In this document: positions 57,192-64,000 of the stretch, one piece after another
How the letters are laid out: every line of letters begins with the position of its first letter
Numbering within the stretch: the stretch's first letter is position 1
Source of the DNA: Macrostomum hystrix
Lineage: Eukaryota > Animalia > Platyhelminthes
DNA length: 64,000 nucleotides
Direction of reading: 5' to 3'
Assembly (NCBI GenBank): GCA_950097015.1
Contig: CATNEN010000005.1
Span: 4,650,001 to 4,714,000 of the forward strand
The notes under the pieces: generated by a model
Told to the model about the DNA's origin: nothing
Database searches by the model: none
Seen by the model: only the letters and a program-made list of their open reading frames with translations
Program-made: the position numbers and the translations under genes

Positions 57192-57789
57192 TGCCTGAGC
57201 TCTTGTAGCGGTCTCAAACAATTTGGACGTCAAACTTGATGTCAAAAGTCAGTAACGAAAAAGAATGAACTATTAGTTCAGCGGTTTACTACATGGTTAT
57301 TTGGTTCTTGTCTGGTAAATCTAATGCTGTTTAGAACAACAGACTTTGACCTACAAGGAACCACTATTTGAATATGTTTATACAAATTTAACTGTAATAT
57401 TACCTACCCATACAATGTTAAACATTGTTTTAATCCTTTAAATTTATTGTAACTCCTTACTTACACATTATTATTCTAGGAGTTACTTTAATCTAATCTA
57501 GTTTATTTAACACGCTGATCCAGTGCTGTGCCACATTTCAATTCTTAAATTAGGATTTGTTTTTTTCTGTTGGTGGTTTCATGTTGTTTGTCACATTGAA
57601 TTTATTGATTGTATCTGAAATGTACGCGTCTTTTGATTGGGTGTTGGATAATTAAATAGTTTAGTGACCTTGTATGCTCTTTTTATTTCTTTGTCGGAAA
57701 TTCACTGCAAGCTATGGTAATTAAACTATTTAGGTCTTTGTTATCTCAATCCAGATACAGATTATAATATTTCTTTGTAAAACAGGGAT

Positions 57790-57960
57790 TGCAGGATTAG
57801 GGTTTTTGGGCAGGGAATCTGGGGTAGGGATTGTAGGACAGGGATTGTAGGTTGGGATTGTAGGACAGGGATTGTAGGACAGGGATTGTAGGTTGGGATT
57901 GTAGGACAGGGATTGTAAGACATGGATTGTAGGTTGGGATTGTAGGACAGGGATTTTAGG
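57790..57960. repeat. 13-14-bp minisatellite (gggattgtaggaca)
   Basis: Tandem copies between COG3 and TBCA. Confidence 0.85.
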
Positions 57961-58190
57961 TTAATTATTGCAGGTTATAGGTTTCAGCTCTTAAGATTCG
58001 GGTTGCAGGATAAGCAAAGTAGGCAATAGATTGTTATCGTAGAATATGGATTGTGGGATATGTTTTTCAGAATGAAATACTTGGTTGGATATTATTAGCT
58101 AGTATTTAGTGGGAGTTTAATAATTTCTTGCTCCCAACACGCTCAGCTACTTTGATCTTCCAATTTCTGTCCGCCATTGTTCCAGTCGCA

Positions 58191-58553
58191 ATGTCCTCCA
58201 GCGCCGCAGCCTCCGCGGATCCGCGCGTCAAGAAGCTAAAAGTGCAAACCGGAGTGGTGAGACGAATTGCTAAAGAGAAAGGCAGCTACGAAAAGGAGGC
58301 AGACCAGATAGCCAAGAAGGTGCAGGACATGGAGGCTAGCAACGAAGATGAGTACGTTGTTAAGAAGCAGAAGGAGTGCCTTGAAGAGTCGCGCCAGATG
58401 ATTCCTGACTCGCGAAATCGGCTGGCCAAAGCTCTGGATGAGCTGCGGGCTCTGGTTGCCGAGTATCAGGCTGCAGGGGATCTAGATCAAGACGCCGAGC
58501 TGCTGACCGAAGCTAAGGCTCAGATTGAAGCCGGCAATGCTGCTTTGAAGTGA
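58191..58553 (+). CDS. TBCA: Tubulin-specific chaperone A (cofactor A), 120 aa, no coding intron
   Basis: DPRVKKLKVQTGVVRRIAKEK.SYEKE and KKQKECLEESRQMIPD...RL match the TBCA family. ATG at 58191. Confidence 0.93.
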   Translation: MSSSAAASADPRVKKLKVQTGVVRRIAKEKGSYEKEADQIAKKVQDMEASNEDEYVVKKQKECLEESRQMIPDSRNRLAKALDELRALVAEYQAAGDLDQDAELLTEAKAQIEAGNAALK

Positions 58554-58734
58554 CCGGAGCTGGGATATTGTTGACTGAAATAGTTGCTGTAGCAGGCTCA
58601 TTATTTATTCCGTTTTTTTAAACTGCCCACTCACTGCTGCTAATCCATGATTGCTGCCTGCTTAAACTGACTCCCGAGATAGTGTTCTGTTTTGGGTTCT
58701 TTGCCTGTCTGCCTGCCTGACTGCCAGTTCTGTA

Positions 58735-59480
58735 TGTCTGTCTGTCTGTCTGCTCTGAGTGTCTGTATGTCTGTCTGAGTGTCTGTCTGTCTGTCTGCTC
58801 TGAGTGTCTGTCTGTCTGCTCTGAGTGTCTGTCTGCTCTGAGTGTCTGTCTGTCTGTCTGCTCTGAGTGTCTGTCTGTCTGTATGTCTGCTCTGAGTGTC
58901 TGTATGTCTGCTCTGAGTGTCTGTCTGTCTGCTCTGAGTGTCTGTCTGTATGTCTGCTCTGAGTGTCTGTCTGTCTGTCTGTCTGCTCTGAGTGTCTGTA
59001 TGTCTGTCTGTCTGCTCTGAGTGTCTGTATGTCTGTCTGTCTGCTCTGAGTGTCTATCTGTCTGCTCTGAGTGTCTGTCTGTCTGCTCTGAGTGTCTGTC
59101 TGTCTGTCTGCTCTGAGTGTCTGTCTGTCTGTATGTCTGCTCTGAGTGTCTGTATGTCTGCTCTGAGTGTCTGTATGTCTGTCTGTCTGCTCTGAGTGTC
59201 TGTCTGTCTGCTCTGAGTGTCTGTATGTCTGTCTGTCTGCTCTGAGTGTCTGTCTGTCTGCTCTGAGTGTCTGTATGTCTGTCTGTCTGCTCTGAGTGTC
59301 TGTCTGTCTGCTCTGAGTGTCTGTATGTCTGTCTGTCTGCTCTGAGTGTCTGTCTGTCTGCTCTGAGTGTCTGTCTGTCTGTCTGCTCTGAGTGTCTGTC
59401 TGTATGTCTGCTCTGAGTGTCTGTCTGTCTGTCTGTCTGCTCTGAGTGTCTGTCTGTCTGCTCTGAGTGTCTGTCTGTGT
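58735..59480. repeat. Compound (GTCT)n / gctctgagt microsatellite
   Basis: Runs of gtct interrupted by gctctgagt. Confidence 0.93.
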
Positions 59481-59991
59481 GTGTGTCTGTTTCTCTATCC
59501 GAAACCTTAGTTAATCCGTTTAAAATCTACCTATTAGTTCATTCCCGATTCCAAAATGATGCTCACAAAAAGTTCGCTGCTAGGTTATCCGTCCCAGTAG
59601 TAATCAGAAAATAGATTAGTCAGTATGTATAAAAACAACATTATGAAGTAAGAAGAAGTGCGAATTCAAATGTATGATCAATATCCAGTTTACTGCTTTG
59701 CATAAACACTAAAAAGAAGTAGCAGATAATTTTAAAAAGATTCAGCTGAAATAAAATTTTGCTGAGTGAAAAATTAATGAACCCAAACATTTCTATTCTG
59801 TGTTGAAAAATACTCCGAAGTCATCATGTTTAATGACGCAACATGAAGTTTTCGTGTAACATTTGTCACTGATTGTTCTTCTCATTGTTATTAAAAATAT
59901 AAAAATTATAATGGTTGAACTAATCTATTAATTAGCAAAGTTTTGCAGTAAAATATTGCTTGTCTATCTTTAGTCTCCTATTTTTTATTTA

Positions 59992-61560
59992 TAGTTCCAT
60001 CAGATTCTATGATTGGAGTTCCATCAGATTCTATGATTAGAGTTCCATCAGATTCTATGATTTGAGTTCCATCAGATTCTATGATTGGAGTTCCATCAGA
60101 TTCTATGATTAGAGTTCCATCAGATTCTATGATGGGAGTTCCATCAGATTCTATGATTAGAGTTCCATCAGATTCTATGATTAGAGTTCCATCAGATTCT
60201 ATGATGGGAGTTCCATCAGATTCTATGATTAGAGTTCCATCAGATTCTATGATGGGAGTTCCATCAGATTCTATGATTGGAGTTCCATCAGATTCTATGA
60301 TTAGAGTTCCATCGAATTCTATGATTGGAGTTCCATCGAATTCTATGATTGGAGTTCCATCGAATTCTATGATTGGAGTTCCATCAGATTCTATGATTGG
60401 AGTTCCATCAGATTCTATGATTAGAGTTCCATCAGATTCTATGATTAGAGTTCCATCGAATTCTATGATTAGAGTTCCATCGAATTCTATGATTGGAGTT
60501 CCATCAGATTCTATGATTGGAGTTCCATCAGATTCTATGATTGGAGTTCCATCAGATTCTATGATTAGAGTTCCATCGAATTCTATGATTGGAGTTCCAT
60601 CAGATTCTATGATTAGAGTTTCATCAGATTCTATGATTAGAGTTCCATCAGATTCTATGATTAGAGTTCCATCCGATTCTATGATTAGAGTTCCATCGAA
60701 TTCTATGATTGGAGTTCCATCAGATTCTATGATTAGAGTTCCATCGAATTCTATGATTGGAGTTCCATCAGATTCAATGATTAGAGTTCCATCAGATTCA
60801 ATGATTAGAGTTCCATCAGATTCTATGATTGGAGTTCCATCAGATTCTATGATGGGAGTTCCATCAGATTCTATGATTAGAGTTCCATCAGATTCTATGA
60901 TTAGAGTTCCATCGAATTCTATGATTGGAGTTCCATCAGATTCTATGATTAGAGTTCCATCAGATTCTATGATTAGAGTTCCATCAGATTCTATGATTAG
61001 AGTTCCATCAGATTCTATGATTGGAGTTCCATCAGATTCTATGATTAGAGTTCCATCGAATTCTATGATTGGAGTTCCATCAGATTCTATGATTAGAGTT
61101 CCATCGAATTCTATGATTGGAGTTCCATCAGATTCTATGATTAGAGTTCCATCGAATTCTATGATTGGAGTTCCATCAGATTCTATGATTAGAGTTCCAT
61201 CAGATTCTATGATTAGAGTTCCATCAGATTCTATGATTAGAGTTCCATCCGATTCAATGATTAGAGTTCCATCAGATTCTATGATTAGAGTTCCATCAGA
61301 TTCTATGATTAGAGTTCCATCAGATTCTATGATTAGAGTTCCATCAGATTCTATGATTAGAGTTCCATCCGATTCAATGATTAGAGTTCCATCAGATTCT
61401 ATGATTAGAGTTCCATCAGATTCTATGATTGGAGTTCCATCAGATTCTATGATTGGAGTTCCATCAGATTCTATGATGGGAGTTCCATCAGATTCTATGA
61501 TTGGAGTTCCATCAGATTCCATAATTGGAGTTCCATCAGATTCTATGATTGGAGTTCCAT
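59992..61560. repeat. 24-bp minisatellite (agttccatcagattctatgatt(a/g)g)
   Basis: About 65 tandem copies; source of ORFs 59978..61522 and 60081..61580. Confidence 0.97.
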
Positions 61561-61880
61561 CTCCCTATGGAAGTATTTGATACTTATCCAGTCAATTAGA
61601 CTCGATTAACCAGTGTTTGGTTAGCAAATCCTTCAATTAAGTTATTTCACTTATTTTGCCAACTGTGTCTAAAAAATTCGCTACAACTTTCCCTTCCTTT
61701 CATTGCTTTTAAGCGCTGGCAAATTACTGCCAATGATTTTTATGTATCAAAAATGCATTTGATTGTATGTATTCAGTTGATGTGGAAATCTGCGTTGCGA
61801 TGTAGCAATTTTTCTTCTCATTCAATTGGCTGAAAATTGCTTTACTTTTTTCTGGGATTAAATCTGAAATTATGATATTA

Positions 61881-63164
61881 CGAGGTGTGTTTCAAAAGTA
61901 ACGAGAATTTAGTCATAACTTTTTAATGGATAAACTTTTTAACTTGAAATTTTTACCCTGTAATTTTGCAATATGGACAGCACACAGCTTCAGTTGCAAC
62001 CCTGTCGGTCTACGTGCACCAGTGAAATCTCACATTAAATTCCAGACCTCGAGATTAAAAATTACGATTTTTGTCTGTGGTCTATTTACCTGAGAACTTG
62101 CTTAGAACTTGAAAACTGCTAATGATGCTGCTGATGCACTCAGCTGCTTCTGATACTGTCTCCGGTGTCTGCTGTTTATGGGCAAAGTTGCCTAGGAATT
62201 TTAGTTTTTTAAGCTGCATGGGGCTGCTCAAAATTGCAAATGCTTGACTGAGAGACCTGACTGAAAAGTGCTTTCAAGTGAGACTATGGAACGACCGAAA
62301 GATCATTCAGAAATTGGATCGAAGGAAGGACAACGGCATTTTATCGCTGGTCTGGTTCAACTTGGAAAGAAGCCATGCGATATCGCTCGGGACCTGAACC
62401 AGGCATTTGGAGATCAGGCACTATCGCAAGCGCGGGTTTATGCTCACTGCAAGGCGTTCCGCGAGGGTGCTACAGGATGTGGTGACGCGCCGAGGTCAGG
62501 TCGCCCCCGCACGTCAACGGATGACAATAGCAAACAGATTGTCCGTGATTACCTCTGCGCCAATCCTTCTGCCACATTGCGTGAAGTTGAGGAGGTCTGT
62601 AGCATCTCCATTGCTTCTGTGAGCCGCATCCTCAAGGAAATAAACTGGTCGAGAGTCTGTGCCAAGTGGGTGCCGCGTGAGTTGACCCTGGACCACAAAA
62701 GAAAGCGAATTCAATGTGCAACGGAGAACTTGCAGTTGTGGCAGCAACTTGGTGATCAGGAGTTTAAACGACTTCTCATCAGTATTGATGAGACACCACT
62801 GCCAATGTTTAATCCACTGACTAAGCAGCAGTCCATGCAGTGGGGGCCCAGGGGCCGTCAGCCGCACACAAAGCCAATGAAGTCGGCATGGACACGCAAC
62901 ATCATGTGCACCGTGTGGTTTGACGCCTGTGGGGTTCTGATGGTCGACTACCTGCCAGACAAGGCCACCATCAATGCTGCATACGTGCAAGATCAAGTTG
63001 CTCGTCTGCGTGAAGTCATCCTCCAGAAGCGACGCATCATGCGCGCCAGGTCCTTCATCTTGTGGGACAACGCTCGCCCTCACGTCGCCGCGGCCACCAA
63101 AGTTAAAAAGTTTATCCATTAAAAAGTTATGACTAAATTCTCGTTACTTTTGAAACACCCCTCG
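61881..63164 (+). mobile_element. Tc1/mariner element, 1284 bp, with 65-bp inverted ends and TA target duplication
   Basis: TA|cgaggtgtgtttcaaaagtaacgagaatt... on the left and its reverse complement ending ...gaaacacccctcg|TA on the right. Confidence 0.92.
62286..63122 (+). pseudogene. C-terminally truncated mariner transposase (about 278 aa)
   Basis: HTH region, SGRP, WVPREL, first Asp (SIDET) and second Asp (WDNARPH) are present. The frame runs straight into the right inverted repeat, and the YSPDLAP/third-Asp segment is absent. Confidence 0.8.
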
Positions 63165-63224
63165 TACTTTGTCTGCAATCATAATCTTGGCTCGTCTGAA
63201 AATTGTCATGATTTCTTCGGGTAA

Positions 63225-63580
63225 AAACTTCAGGTCTTCAGTGTCACTACTTCAGGTATTCAGTGTCACTACTTCAGGTCTTCAGTGTCACTACTTCAGG
63301 TCTTCAGTGTCACTACTTCAGGTCTTCAGTGTCACTACTTCAGGTCTTCAGTGTCACTACTTCAGGTATTCAGTGTCACTACTTCAGGTCTTCAGTGTCA
63401 CTACTTAGGTCTTCAGTGTCACTACTTCAGGTCTTCAGTGTCACTACTTCAGGTCTTCAGTGTCACTACTTCAGGTCTTCAGTGTCACTACTTCAGGTCT
63501 TCAGCGTCACTACTTCAGGTATTCAGTGTCAAAACTTCAGGTCTTTAATGTCGAAACTTCAGGTATTCTGTGTCACCTGA
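63225..63580. repeat. 22-bp minisatellite (acttcaggtcttcagtgtcact)
   Basis: Tandem copies. Confidence 0.93.
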
Positions 63581-63972
63581 AGCTATCGTGACAGCACCAG
63601 TCCTTCAATGCTTCATCAATAATCTTAGATTTCATAAGCAATTTATCGATGCATTTATCTAGTATATAGTAAATAACTATAACCAAATCTGATATAGAAA
63701 CTTTTTCTCATCTCTCTGCCTATACTGATCTAGACCTTGTATTTTGAGCCGGCCATAATGCGACACCATTACCTTTATTCTATCCGACCTCTTTGACTTT
63801 GTCCACAGAATCCTTTGCCTAATTTAGTGCCCTAAAATCTTTAGATAGTTCTGCCTCGTCTCAAAGACTCAAGCTTAAAAATGTGCTCATTTTTGTCCCT
63901 TGATGAGACGCGATGTCACGCACAGTGTGAACTTTTAGAAGGCATTCTTTTTACTGCTTAAAAACTGATCCG

Positions 63973-64000
63973 TCAGGAACTCTCTTCTCACAGATGCTTC
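63973..64000. repeat. Start of a second array of the 26-bp COG3-intron-10 minisatellite
   Basis: tcaggaactctcttctcacagatgcttc is identical to the 56225-57105 unit; truncated by the window edge. Confidence 0.8.

Overview
Eukaryotic (invertebrate animal) genomic DNA; no prokaryotic features and no CRISPR arrays. Manual splicing across GT-AG junctions gives five recognisable genes: GCN5/PCAF-type KAT2 (+, 3776-10839, 8 exons), MFSD2-like transporter (-, 20417-14049, 6 exons), a very divergent TRP(V)-like channel (+, 31466-33411, 2 exons, with an RFX X-box upstream), COG3 (+, 43480-57191, 11 exons) and TBCA (+, 58191-58553). Three further coding regions are unidentified: an exon at about 128-731, a 79-aa secreted acidic peptide, and a probable 161-aa zinc-ribbon + SAM protein. 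Mobile DNA includes an apparently intact 5476-bp EnSpm/CACTA (CMC) transposon (TIRs, TT TSD, transposase, DUF4806-like accessory gene), a rearranged 1284-bp mariner, and two tRNA-derived SINE families. About 30 distinct minisatellites are present, filling most large introns, and many share an AATCC(C) core. KAT2 and COG3 both switch abruptly from CpG-poor 5' exons to CpG-rich 3' exons. Most long ORFs in the supplied track are artefacts of these repeats. The style is compatible with a free-living flatworm such as Macrostomum, but the species cannot be determined from the sequence alone. Homology calls are from recall of protein families, not from database searches.
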